Shown here: positions 38,277-47,555 of the stretch, piece after piece
Layout of the letters: each line of letters starts with the position of its first letter
Numbering within the stretch: position 1 is the stretch's first letter
Source of the DNA: Candidatus Thorarchaeota archaeon
GTDB taxonomy: Archaea; Asgardarchaeota; Thorarchaeia; Thorarchaeales; Thorarchaeaceae
DNA length: 64,000 bases
Assembly: GCA_048882485.1 (NCBI GenBank)
Contig: JBHLRP010000006.1
Location: 1 to 64,000 of the forward strand
Reading direction: 5' to 3'
Made by a program: the position numbers and the translations under genes
Notes under the pieces: generated by a model
The model's input: only the letters and a program-made list of their open reading frames with translations
Databases searched by the model: none
What the model was told of the DNA's origin: nothing

Positions 38277-38939
38277 TCAAGTTTTGCCATTTTTCTGCTC
38301 TCGAATGTACTCGGTGATATGATAATGTACCTCGGCGGTCACAAGCTCTATTGATCTTCTTGCGTCTATGAAAATGAAATTGCCCATGTCCTCCTCAATC
38401 ATCTCAAGGTATGCCTTTCGAACCCTGACCAAGCGGTCATATTGCTCAAACTGCACATTGAGCCGGCCCTTTCTTTCACTGACTCTTTTCAGACCGATTT
38501 CAATTGGGACATCAAGTATGAACACGATGTCCGGTTCTGGAGCCGATATCTCCTCTCGATTCCGCTTCAAGATGTCCTTCCAATATAATCCAGTGCTTGC
38601 GGACTGATAGGCTCCTGTTGCAAAGAAATACCTGTCCATGAGGATAATTTTCCCTGAGTCTAGAGCCGGTAGAATACGATTTTGGACATGCCACTCTCTA
38701 TCCCGAATAAACAACTCTAGCTCTTCTTCTGGGGTTAGTTCACCCTTGATAGAACGAGCACGAATCTCTTGACCCCAATCGCTCTCATCTGTTGGCTCTC
38801 TTAGCCTCTTGACATCATAGCCTTCGTCAATCATTACATCAACTAATCGGTCACATACAGCTGTTTTTCCAGCACCATCTATACCCTCCAGGACAAAGAG
38901 CATTCCTTTCACAGCTGAGATTTCTCCTACGTCATGCAT
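38277..38939 (-). CDS. tmk: thymidylate kinase
   Basis: LEGIDGAGKT, REPT, LF..DR..H, MDRY..AT.AYQ, PD..F.LDV. Confidence 0.95.
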   Translation of the reverse strand: MHDVGEISAVKGMLFVLEGIDGAGKTAVCDRLVDVMIDEGYDVKRLREPTDESDWGQEIRARSIKGELTPEEELELFIRDREWHVQNRILPALDSGKIILMDRYFFATGAYQSASTGLYWKDILKRNREEISAPEPDIVFILDVPIEIGLKRVSERKGRLNVQFEQYDRLVRVRKAYLEMIEEDMGNFIFIDARRSIELVTAEVHYHITEYIREQKNGKT

Positions 38940-39069
38940 TAGAGTTCCGGACTCATTACAGTATTAGATGCTTCGGTCATGTAATGTATCCAGACAACAC
39001 CTTCTACTCACCTGTGAGTAGCTTCCTATCGCCATACAATGTTTATTAGGAACATGAATCAGTATTCAC

Positions 39070-39292
39070 GTGAGGACCAAAGGGGATCTCAAGGTATTCT
39101 CTCGACGTGGACACTCGAGGTGAGAAATCGGTAGGGCATCCCCCTCCCATGTAACAAACTGCGATAGCGACTTGCGTCCAACCGCGTTCGTTCGTTCTTT
39201 GGGTCCCCTTTATAGGGGGGCCAAGGTCCCCTTGCAGAGTTCTCATGCCCCCGATTCGCTATTCCGAGTGTCCTCGACCCCGTTCGGATCTA
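39070..39292 (+). ncRNA. candidate multibranch structured RNA D (about 220 nt)
   Basis: promoter-like CAATGTTTATTA at 39037-39048; nested helices GGACACUCG/CGAGUGUCC, AAUCGG/CCGAUU, GGGCAU/AUGCCC, CUGCGA/UUGCAG, CCCC/GGGG. Confidence 0.6.
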
Positions 39293-39326
39293 GAGTAAAT
39301 CAGCAATGTTTATTACATAATTATCG

Positions 39327-39348
39327 TAGGATAGGTTAACCTATCCTA
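39327..39348. promoter_or_regulatory. perfect 22-bp palindromic operator TAGGATAGGTTAACCTATCCTA
   Basis: self-complementary; 11 bp downstream of promoter-like CAATGTTTATTA (39304-39315), so it covers the expected transcription start. Confidence 0.7.
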
Positions 39349-39362
39349 GGGATTGAGCAAGC

Positions 39363-39881
39363 TTGAACCGTCTGAAAATACTGATGCTTGTAATTGCATT
39401 AATTTTGATTCCAGTTGACGCTTCAAGCCACAGTGTAGCCACCTCGCACAATCTTAGACCAAATGCCAGTGGCGTGTCACTGCACATCGACTACGGTAAT
39501 GGGACCACATCAACATATACCGAAGTTGAAGGGCAAACTGTTCTTAATATCACCGAATCCGTGGCAATAGTTGGGGTGGACTGGACCGGCAATCTTGCCT
39601 TTGTATATTCCATCAATGGAGTGTCAAGCAAGGAAGAAACAGGACTCTGGTGGCAGTTCTGGGTCAATGGTGAATTCTCTTCAGTTGCTGCTAACCTCTA
39701 CGAAGTTCAGGACAATGATACGATAGTCTGGCGATTCACAGATTCCCAAGTGGAACCTCCATCAACCACACCGACCGATGGCCTTGAGCAGTATGCACCA
39801 CTCGCTGTTGCGTCCGCCGGACTTGGATCTTTGGGAATAGGTTTCTTGGTAGCGCTCTACCTAATGAGAAGAAGGAACTGA
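39363..39881 (+). CDS. DUF4430 (transcobalamin-like C-terminal domain) secreted, membrane-anchored protein
   Basis: signal peptide; IDYGNG, FVYSINGV, WWQFWVNG, GA/AA..Y...D.D.I.W pattern; C-terminal TM plus RRR. Confidence 0.82.
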   Translation: MNRLKILMLVIALILIPVDASSHSVATSHNLRPNASGVSLHIDYGNGTTSTYTEVEGQTVLNITESVAIVGVDWTGNLAFVYSINGVSSKEETGLWWQFWVNGEFSSVAANLYEVQDNDTIVWRFTDSQVEPPSTTPTDGLEQYAPLAVASAGLGSLGIGFLVALYLMRRRN

Positions 39882-40636
39882 TGACAGATATGAAGAAACA
39901 TGCCATTCCATTCGTTCTTATTGCGCTCTTCTTCATTGCGCCAGCCGCAGGAGGCCCAACTGATTATAGTCCAAATCTCATGCCAAGGGATTCTGTTCCC
40001 ACTAGAATCACTTGGAATGTGATAGAAGCTCCTGAAGTGGCGTTTTCCCTGTGGTTCTCAGGGACTGAGAATTGGCTGGCTCAGGAAGGTAGTCAGATGA
40101 CGTTCAATATAACCGGTATCAATGGCGACGTAGAAGGGCAATTGGAACTTGGAAATGTGACCTTGACAGCAAATGACACAGACATAGCCAAGGATCTAAC
40201 TCTGGGCGTGTGGGGTCTCACTCCCTGGCATCCAGGCCTAGTAGTGAAAATTGGAGATAGCAACCTTGTGAGTCTGAACCAGACCGCATTCGCTGCTGCC
40301 GAGAGAGTTGCGGGCAACTATCTTAATGGTACAATGGTGTCATCCTTTGAACCGGTGGAGTCCAATGGAGCACTTTATGATTGTATCGTCTTCGAGTATG
40401 AACAAGACCCTACCGGATTTGGCGAACCACAAATGACCTCTCTTGCCTATGATACTGAAACGGGAGTTCTTGTAAAAGCTAACACTAGTTACTCGTTTGG
40501 GATTCCTTATACTCTGATTCTTGAGCTTGAAGGAATTCATATACCCACAGTAGACCCAGTTTTGCTCTGGGTGGGAGTAGCGATTGCTGGAGTGGTCCTA
40601 ATTATGGTTGCCGTTGCTATTAGAACCAGAAAATAG
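39881..40636 (+). CDS. secreted, C-terminally anchored hypothetical protein
   Basis: signal peptide, YDTETGVLV motif, C-terminal TM plus RTRK. Confidence 0.78.
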   Translation: MTDMKKHAIPFVLIALFFIAPAAGGPTDYSPNLMPRDSVPTRITWNVIEAPEVAFSLWFSGTENWLAQEGSQMTFNITGINGDVEGQLELGNVTLTANDTDIAKDLTLGVWGLTPWHPGLVVKIGDSNLVSLNQTAFAAAERVAGNYLNGTMVSSFEPVESNGALYDCIVFEYEQDPTGFGEPQMTSLAYDTETGVLVKANTSYSFGIPYTLILELEGIHIPTVDPVLLWVGVAIAGVVLIMVAVAIRTRK

Positions 40637-40653
40637 ATTGGAGTTGTGTAGAA

Positions 40654-41253
40654 TTGCAGTTGGAGATCAATCGGCAGGTTTCGATAACACGAAGCCGCCA
40701 GGTCGCCATAACTGCAATCATGACTGCGCTCGCGCTTGTGGGCAACTATGTCTTTGTTGCTATACCCAATGTAGAACTCGGGTCAGGGATTCTCTTTGTG
40801 ACCGCGTATCTCTTTGGATTTCAGACTGGTGCCTCATGCGCAGTGCTAATGGCGATTATTTTTGGATCCATTAATCCTTGGGGAGGGCTCATTCCTCAAA
40901 TCTGGATAACACAAGTAATCGGCTGGGTGTATATAACAGCCGCTGGTGCACTCATGGGGCGAAACAGAAGTGGTATTAGGCACTCCATTAGAGAGATTTG
41001 GCTACTTGGCTTTACAGGGGCATTCCTGACGTTCTTCTTTGATATGCTCACTAATCTTGGATATTCATGGGCATTTGGCATTCCCTATTGGCTTGCTATT
41101 GTTTCAGGATTGCCTTTCATGGCTGTTCATGTAGCATCAAATGCCATAATCTTTGGAGCTGTGACTCCCCGGCTGGACATTATTGTCCGGAGTCAATTTT
41201 CGTCACTAATATGGAATACTGAAGCAGAAATTTCGGGTCTGAGCGAAGAGTAA
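40654..41253 (+). CDS. ECF transporter S component (CbrT-like)
   Basis: AIMTALAL, IPNVE, 5-6 TM helices, FD..TN, GLPF...HV.SN. Confidence 0.82.
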   Translation: MQLEINRQVSITRSRQVAITAIMTALALVGNYVFVAIPNVELGSGILFVTAYLFGFQTGASCAVLMAIIFGSINPWGGLIPQIWITQVIGWVYITAAGALMGRNRSGIRHSIREIWLLGFTGAFLTFFFDMLTNLGYSWAFGIPYWLAIVSGLPFMAVHVASNAIIFGAVTPRLDIIVRSQFSSLIWNTEAEISGLSEE

Positions 41254-41276
41254 AAAGTGAGCCTGGATAGAAGAAT

Positions 41277-41924
41277 TTGGAGCGGCCTGGCGTGTCTTGG
41301 AAAGAGAAATTCATTCAACTTGTAGGAGCAGCAGATGGCAGAGTGGCTCCCGCATTTGGACCTCATCATGCAGCAGTTGCTTTGGTGATGATTGGACGTG
41401 AACAACCACTCGGCAGATATGAACTCTGTCAGAATCTTTCCGTGGGAGAGGGAAGTGCGCGCACTCTTTTGAAGCGTCTAACAGAATCTGGGTATATATC
41501 TCCAGAGGGAAAGCAGGGGCAGAGGTTGACTGATAGAGGACAGGAGTTGTTTGATGAAATCTCTAGGGAAGTTCCCATAGGCCTATTCCTTGATGCACCA
41601 GCTCTTGTCATGTATAAGAGTGCATACGCAAATCTCGTTAGAAAAAAAGGAGATGATGTGAAGGACGGGATCCGGCAAAGAGATGAAGCTATCATTCAAG
41701 GAGGAGGGTATGATAGTGCAGGAGCTACTACTCTGATTATGAGAAACGGCTCCATCGTCTTGCCACCAGATGACTTTCATACACTCATCGAATATGAGAG
41801 AGAGACCCTTCTCATTCTTGAGAGCTTAAGACCTGAAGAAAATGATGTCATTATCATTGGGTCAGCGGATGACCCCAATCTTGCACGCGAAGTTTCAATG
41901 GCGGCTGTTATGACGCTTTTCTGA
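41277..41924 (+). CDS. winged-helix protein with C-terminal DUF2111/DUF4443-like domain
   Basis: PLGR..L...L..GEGS.RTLL.RL; G..QRDEAI...AGATTL; D.IIIGSA. Confidence 0.78.
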   Translation: MERPGVSWKEKFIQLVGAADGRVAPAFGPHHAAVALVMIGREQPLGRYELCQNLSVGEGSARTLLKRLTESGYISPEGKQGQRLTDRGQELFDEISREVPIGLFLDAPALVMYKSAYANLVRKKGDDVKDGIRQRDEAIIQGGGYDSAGATTLIMRNGSIVLPPDDFHTLIEYERETLLILESLRPEENDVIIIGSADDPNLAREVSMAAVMTLF

Positions 41925-41935
41925 GAGGAATCAAA

Positions 41936-42763
41936 ATGCAGATGGACTTGTTTGGGAATGTCCCCGAAGTTGTGATTGATGTCCACGAAACAGGCGGAAA
42001 ACGAACAAATGCCGTCAAACAGCTAATGAGTATGCTTGACAAGGAAGAGATTTCCTACACTGTGGAGAAGATACCTATTGGAGACGTTTTGGGACCTGAG
42101 GGCATTGCAATAGAGAGAAAGACAGTGTCTGATCTTGTCAACACCCTAAAAGGCAGTGCAGCTGGAGTGCCTCGATTCACAAAGCAAATGGATGCACTGC
42201 TAGAGTACGACAAGCCATATCTTCTGATTGAGAACATTCTGGCAATTCGACGTGACCCCTTAAAGGGCTGTGTGTACGTTCCATTCAAGACAAAGCAGAC
42301 AAAGGGTAGACCATATGTCGTCACAATGGAAAGGGCGAGCTACATTCACCCAAGTTCTCTGGATGCCCTAATTGAAAGCGTCAGGGAGAGAGGAATTCAG
42401 ATAATCTCTGGGTTTAATGCGTCACACTCAGCAGGACTGCTATTTGGCATAATCACAGAACAGACTGAGAGCGAGAAAGGAAAGGGAAAGAGACTTCCAG
42501 TAATCAGAACTCGAAAAGGACTAGACTCAGTTGAGGATGAACAGGAATTCTTCATCGCGGGATTCCCTGGAATCAATGTAGTTCGGGCACGAAGTCTGCT
42601 AGAGAAATTCGGTTCCCCCATTGAGGTGGTCACAAGAACCGACGAATGGACTAAACTGCCTGGAATAGGACCAAAGACAGTTGTATCTGCAAAGAAATTA
42701 CTCTACTCAGACTACGTACCCCCTAAGGACGATGATGAGGTAAAAGCAGAAGAAAAGGACTAG
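41936..42763 (+). CDS. xpf: short XPF/ERCC4 endonuclease with (HhH)2 domain
   Basis: ID..E, IGD, IERKTVSDL, Q...L..Y..P.LLIE, PGIN..RA..LL..FGS, LPGIGPKT. Confidence 0.88.
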   Translation: MQMDLFGNVPEVVIDVHETGGKRTNAVKQLMSMLDKEEISYTVEKIPIGDVLGPEGIAIERKTVSDLVNTLKGSAAGVPRFTKQMDALLEYDKPYLLIENILAIRRDPLKGCVYVPFKTKQTKGRPYVVTMERASYIHPSSLDALIESVRERGIQIISGFNASHSAGLLFGIITEQTESEKGKGKRLPVIRTRKGLDSVEDEQEFFIAGFPGINVVRARSLLEKFGSPIEVVTRTDEWTKLPGIGPKTVVSAKKLLYSDYVPPKDDDEVKAEEKD

Positions 42764-42829
42764 CTCGTAAGTTTTAAAAAGTGAAACTATTCTATGGTGA
42801 TAGAATACCTAAGAGAAAGGTGTCATCTC

Positions 42830-43918
42830 ATGGGAGACGTTCGCATAGCGATTGCAGGACTTGGGAACTGTGCATCTGCATTGATCCAAGGAGTGCATTA
42901 TTACAAAGACGCAAAGGCCGAGGATGAAGTACCAGGCCTGATGCATGTTGATTTCGGAGGATACTTCCCCAAAGATCTGAAGTTCGTGGCTGCTTTTGAA
43001 GCAAATAGGAGAAAAATCGGAAAGGACATCGCAGACGCAATATGGGAAGAGCCAAACTGCTGTGTGCCTTTCTATCGTGATGTCCCAAAGACGGGTGTGA
43101 AAGTCCTGCCAGGACCGATATCGGATGGAGTAGCGCCACATATGAGAGAATCGTTCTTCGCCTATGACGAGAACGAGATGGAATCTGTCGATGTTGTTGA
43201 GGAGATTAGAAGGTCCAAAGCAGATATGTTAGTTTCATATCTTCCTGTCGGCAGTGCAGAAGCTGCGAGAATCTACGCAGATGCAGCGATTGAAGCGGAA
43301 GTCGGTTTTGTGAATGCATTTCCTGAATTCATCGTTTCTGATCCGAATAGCCCCCACGCTCAAGCCTTTGAAAAGAAAGGAATTCCTGCTGCAGGAGATG
43401 ATATAAAGAGTCAGCTTGGCGCCACTATTCTGCATCGTGTTCTAGCTCAACTCTTTGACAAGAGGGGTTTAATCCTCCAAAACACATACCAGCTAAACAT
43501 AGGCGGAAACACAGACTTTGAGAATATGCAGGTCGAGAACAGACTTCAATCCAAGAGAATCAGTAAGACCGAGGCTGTCACAAGTTGTGTTGAGTATGAA
43601 CTACCTACAAAGATTGGGCCCAGTGACTATGTCCCGTTCCTTGAGGACAACAAGGTATGTTACATCAGTATGCGCTCCAAGGCTTTTGGCGACCTGCCAA
43701 TAGACCTTGACCTGAAGCTTTCTGTGCAAGATTCACCAAACTCAGCAGGAGTAATAATCGATGTTGCCAGAGCTGTCAAGATAGCTCTGGATCGCGGAGT
43801 CGGCGGCGAACTCTCAAGCATCAGCTCCTATAGCTTCAAACATCCAAGATACCAGATAGATGATTTTGAAGCAAGAAAGCGCGTTGATGAGTTCATCGAA
43901 GGAAAGCGCGAGAGATAG
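42830..43918 (+). CDS. ino1: myo-inositol-1-phosphate synthase
   Basis: AIAGLGNCASALIQG, YLPVGS, GDDIKSQLGAT, QLNIGGNTDF, SKRISKT, DSPNSAG. Confidence 0.96.
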   Translation: MGDVRIAIAGLGNCASALIQGVHYYKDAKAEDEVPGLMHVDFGGYFPKDLKFVAAFEANRRKIGKDIADAIWEEPNCCVPFYRDVPKTGVKVLPGPISDGVAPHMRESFFAYDENEMESVDVVEEIRRSKADMLVSYLPVGSAEAARIYADAAIEAEVGFVNAFPEFIVSDPNSPHAQAFEKKGIPAAGDDIKSQLGATILHRVLAQLFDKRGLILQNTYQLNIGGNTDFENMQVENRLQSKRISKTEAVTSCVEYELPTKIGPSDYVPFLEDNKVCYISMRSKAFGDLPIDLDLKLSVQDSPNSAGVIIDVARAVKIALDRGVGGELSSISSYSFKHPRYQIDDFEARKRVDEFIEGKRER

Positions 43919-43984
43919 AAACAGAGAGGATGGAATCCATCTGGTCCAGTTTTTATATACTGGATCAGATAGCTCTTCCAAGAA

Positions 43985-45127
43985 CTAGAGTTCAGTGAAG
44001 CTCTTGACAGTCTTCTCATCGAGCCTCTTTATCACTTCAACCAGAAGCTGGACGGCATTCTCGATATCTGATAAATCAAGCATTCCGTGATGAGAATGAA
44101 TATGTCTTGTTGGAATTCCGATGAACAGCGAAGGGGCACCCATTCCTGTGATGTGGATAATTCCGGCATCAGTGCCTCCAGACTTCAGAAATGCTGGTTG
44201 ATGTCTGATACCTTTCTCCTCTGCAATATTTAAAACGAACTGACGGAATTTCGGATTTGGAATCATTGATCCATCTCCGGCGGAAATTGCTACGCCTTTG
44301 CCCATCTTCTGAACGAGGCCCTTGACTCCAGGCACATCACCAGAAATATCGACATCAAGCGCAAATCCAATATCAGGTAGAAGCATCTGCGCAGCTGTTC
44401 TGGCTCCTCTCAGTCCAACCTCCTCTTGAGTCGTGGATACTGCATAGACAATGTTTGGATGCGAGATGTCCTCCTCAGAGAGTCTTCTTAGAACCTCCAG
44501 CGCTATAAAGACTCCAATCCGATCATCGAATGCTTTTGCCACCGCTAGAGTGACTTCTCTTCCTTCTTCCTCTGCATTTTTGTCGTCTTCGCTCTTCTTC
44601 TCTTTCCGCTTTCGTTCCATTGTCCTGAAAATGGAATTTGGTACACCGGGATCACCAACTCGAATTCCTAGTTCCTTCACCTCTTTGGCTGAGTTGCAAC
44701 CGATGTCAATGAACATCTTCTCCTTGGTTACCACCTTGGAACGTTCTTCAGGACCCAAAACATGGGGCGGAGGAGCTCCTATGACACCGATGACTTTCTT
44801 GTTTCCTTGGGAAGGTTTGATTATGACCTCTTGCGTTAGTAGAGTCTGATCCCACCATCCTCCCAGTTGATGAAAACGGAGAAATCCATTCTTATCAATC
44901 TCTGTTATCACAAAACCAATCTCGTCAACATGCCCGGCCAACATGATTTTTGGGCCTTTGTCCCCTCTGCGGAACACAACTGAACCCAATCTATCATAAA
45001 GAACCTCATCGGCGTACTTGGCCCCGTAATCCCTGGCGATCTTCTGTGCCTCATGTTCATGGCCACTTGGCCCGAATGAATTGCATAAGGCTTCTAGGAG
45101 TTTGACATCAAGATTTTTTCCTGCCAT
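43985..45127 (-). CDS. M42 family aminopeptidase (TET-like)
   Basis: GPSGHE, AGHVDEIG, LGGW, KAFDDRIG, QEEVGLRGA, GGTDAG, PTRHIHS. Confidence 0.94.
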   Translation of the reverse strand: MAGKNLDVKLLEALCNSFGPSGHEHEAQKIARDYGAKYADEVLYDRLGSVVFRRGDKGPKIMLAGHVDEIGFVITEIDKNGFLRFHQLGGWWDQTLLTQEVIIKPSQGNKKVIGVIGAPPPHVLGPEERSKVVTKEKMFIDIGCNSAKEVKELGIRVGDPGVPNSIFRTMERKRKEKKSEDDKNAEEEGREVTLAVAKAFDDRIGVFIALEVLRRLSEEDISHPNIVYAVSTTQEEVGLRGARTAAQMLLPDIGFALDVDISGDVPGVKGLVQKMGKGVAISAGDGSMIPNPKFRQFVLNIAEEKGIRHQPAFLKSGGTDAGIIHITGMGAPSLFIGIPTRHIHSHHGMLDLSDIENAVQLLVEVIKRLDEKTVKSFTEL

Positions 45128-45223
45128 TGAACTCACTTCAGAATAGTTTCTGTAGAATGGAACTCTCGGGATTTGCAAATGGGTATAGTAGTTTCGGTCC
45201 ATGCACGAGAGGCGATAGACCTG

Positions 45224-45760
45224 CTAAATACTCGATTTAGCGAGCAGACTGAATGCTTCTTCCACGTTTTGGCCAGTCAATGCGCTGGTTTCTAGATAGG
45301 CAACCAGATTGTGTTCTTCAGCAAATTGCTTGCCCATCTCAGTTGTGATTATGCGTTCGTTTGCAAGATCAACCTTGTTGGCAAGGAGGATTATTGGAAT
45401 CCGTTCACCCAATGCATTTTCCGTTTCCTCAATCCATTTGGGAAGCTCAATGTAAGTACTCTTTCTTGTTGTGTCAAAAACAAGCAGGGCTCCTTTCGAC
45501 CCCCTATAGTAGCTTCCACGTATGAAATCGAATCGCTGCTGTCCAGCCAAGTCCCAAACCAAAAGTTTGACAACAACAGAGTTGCCGTTGTTATCTGGAA
45601 CAGCCACAGTCTTCACTGCAAACTGCGAACCAATGGTTACGATATACTGCTCGGAGAATTTCTGCGTAAGGAAACGATTTACGAGTGCGGTCTTGCCACT
45701 GCCACCAGCTCCAATCATGACAACCTTACGCATGAAATCAAATTCCGCAGCTTTCGCCAA
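45224..45760 (-). CDS. Rab-like small GTPase lacking a C-terminal prenylation motif
   Basis: GAGGSGKT, F...Y..TIG..F, WDLAGQQRF, YYRGS.G, NKVD, ETSAL. Confidence 0.92.
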   Translation of the reverse strand: MAKAAEFDFMRKVVMIGAGGSGKTALVNRFLTQKFSEQYIVTIGSQFAVKTVAVPDNNGNSVVVKLLVWDLAGQQRFDFIRGSYYRGSKGALLVFDTTRKSTYIELPKWIEETENALGERIPIILLANKVDLANERIITTEMGKQFAEEHNLVAYLETSALTGQNVEEAFSLLAKSSI

Positions 45761-45992
45761 GTTGGTCCCTCGTGAGATCGATTATAGTAGTGCATATCTC
45801 AACAGTGCACAATGCTTGAATCAATGAGAGCTGGGCTTTGACCATATTTAGCCTTTTATGGCATTTAATGGAGCAGCAAACCCATTCTCACATCAAAATA
45901 GGTTGGCGCCCTATTCATTGTTTCTAGTCTTAGTCTGGAAGAGATTATAACGGGTATTACCGGGGTGGTACCTGTCGGGAGGACAACGCAGC

Positions 45993-46178
45993 ATGCGGCT
46001 AATCACTGTTAAGATGAGTGAGATTTATGCGGATGGCTTGGACAAGCTGGTCGAGATTGGTATGTATCCCTCCAGGAGCGAGGCAATCAGAGTTGCAATC
46101 CGAGACCTATTGCGTCGCGAGCTGTGGCCAAGAGATGGAGGACCCCTCTTGATGGACGATGAAACCGTGTCAGGATGA
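45993..46178 (+). CDS. ribbon-helix-helix regulator (CopG/CdrS-like)
   Basis: MRLITVKM...LDKLV..G.YPSRSEAIR.AIRDLL. Confidence 0.9.
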   Translation: MRLITVKMSEIYADGLDKLVEIGMYPSRSEAIRVAIRDLLRRELWPRDGGPLLMDDETVSG

Positions 46179-46260
46179 GTTCTATTCCCCCCCAAAACAC
46201 AAATTAGTATAAATCTGTGAATCAAATCACACAGGGCGTACAATCGGAGGTTTCACGCCA

Positions 46261-46782
46261 TTGAATCTCAGAGTTCTTTTCAAGAGTATAAAATTCGCTT
46301 TCCGCGCCAAGAGACGTGTGTTTACTTTCATTGTAATCTATGCGTTTCTTATTGTAATGGTGTCACGCGGACTGGCCTCAGGAGTAGATCAACTCCTTTG
46401 GCTCTTTGCCGCATTTGTGTTGGCAACATTATATGCAGTCCTGATTGCACAGTCTAGGGCGAAGGATATCGCGATTCTCAAATGTGTTTCATGGAACAAC
46501 AACGACATATTCCTAATCATGGTTGGAGAAGTGGTTCTTGTATCACTCTCGGCATTTCTATTGGTGTTTCAAATAAGTGTCGAACTGCTGGGTTTAGTGG
46601 CTTACTTCGAGCCATTGTTTGACACAGGCTTTCTCGATGGTCTGCAAGCGTTGCTCGCAGTTCCCCTTGGGGACCTCATGGTTACTCTATTTGTAATTGT
46701 GGTATTGCAGCTACCAGGCCTATATATGGCGCAACGTAGAGCCATGATGATTGCACCAATGAGAGCACTGAGGGAGGAATGA
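46261..46782 (+). CDS. minimal FtsX/MacB-type ABC permease
   Basis: R.KDIAILK..SW, GEVV, P.RALREE; 4 TM helices and no extracellular domain. Confidence 0.78.
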   Translation: MNLRVLFKSIKFAFRAKRRVFTFIVIYAFLIVMVSRGLASGVDQLLWLFAAFVLATLYAVLIAQSRAKDIAILKCVSWNNNDIFLIMVGEVVLVSLSAFLLVFQISVELLGLVAYFEPLFDTGFLDGLQALLAVPLGDLMVTLFVIVVLQLPGLYMAQRRAMMIAPMRALREE

Positions 46783-47462
46783 AAATGGCAAATGCAATAA
46801 TCCAACTCGAAGATGTAAACAAGGAGTTCGGCAAGGGAAAAAACACTGTTGCTGCACTAAAGGACATCAATCTTGAGATCCAACAAGGTGAATTCATAGC
46901 TGTTGTCGGACCGTCAGGCTGCGGAAAATCAACGTTGCTTCATGTTATGGCAGGTCTTGAACAACCGACAACAGGAAGAGTTCTTCTAGATGCTGTTGAT
47001 GTCACTCTAATTAGTGAGAGGGATCTCCCTAAGGTGAGGGCTCAAAAGATAGGGTTCGTCTTTCAGGCCTTCCTTCTCATCGAGGATCTCACCGCATATG
47101 AGAATGTTGAATCAGTCCTCTGGCCAAATGAAGAGCTGACAAAAGAAACCCAAGAAAAGATGGCCCTGGAAGTTCTCCGAGATGTTGACATGCTCGAGAG
47201 AAGGGATCACTTTCCGCGTCAGATGAGCGGCGGCGAACAACAGCGTGTGGCAATTGCGAGGGCTCTAGTGAACAGGCCTCCAATTCTCTTCTGTGATGAA
47301 CCCACCGGAAATCTAGACAGCAAGATAGGCGACAGCATCATGAAGGATATCGCGAATCTTGCCAGAGAAAAGCACATGACCGTCGTATTGGTCACACATA
47401 ATGAGGACCTGACCAAGTACGCTAAACGCGTTCTTCGGATGAAGGATGGAGCTATAAGATAG
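46779..47462 (+). CDS. ABC ATP-binding protein (LolD/FtsE/MacB-like)
   Basis: GPSGCGKST, IGFVFQ, MSGGEQQRVAIARAL, DEPTGNLD, VTH. Confidence 0.95.
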   Translation: MKMANAIIQLEDVNKEFGKGKNTVAALKDINLEIQQGEFIAVVGPSGCGKSTLLHVMAGLEQPTTGRVLLDAVDVTLISERDLPKVRAQKIGFVFQAFLLIEDLTAYENVESVLWPNEELTKETQEKMALEVLRDVDMLERRDHFPRQMSGGEQQRVAIARALVNRPPILFCDEPTGNLDSKIGDSIMKDIANLAREKHMTVVLVTHNEDLTKYAKRVLRMKDGAIR

Positions 47463-47555
47463 TCTATGCAGATTGAGTTGCCTCGACCTGGCTGAACCAA
47501 AGCTTAAGATGGATAATCAGCCAGGTCTGCACATCTTTTTGGAGCGTAGACCAAA

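Noticed and set aside
36608-39292. RNAs C and D as SRP RNA, RNase P RNA, tRNA-Sec or a canonical cobalamin riboswitch
   Set aside because: SRP helix 8, RNase P P4 (GAGGAAAGUCC), a UCA anticodon cloverleaf and the B12 box were not found by eye; divergent versions cannot be excluded without covariance models
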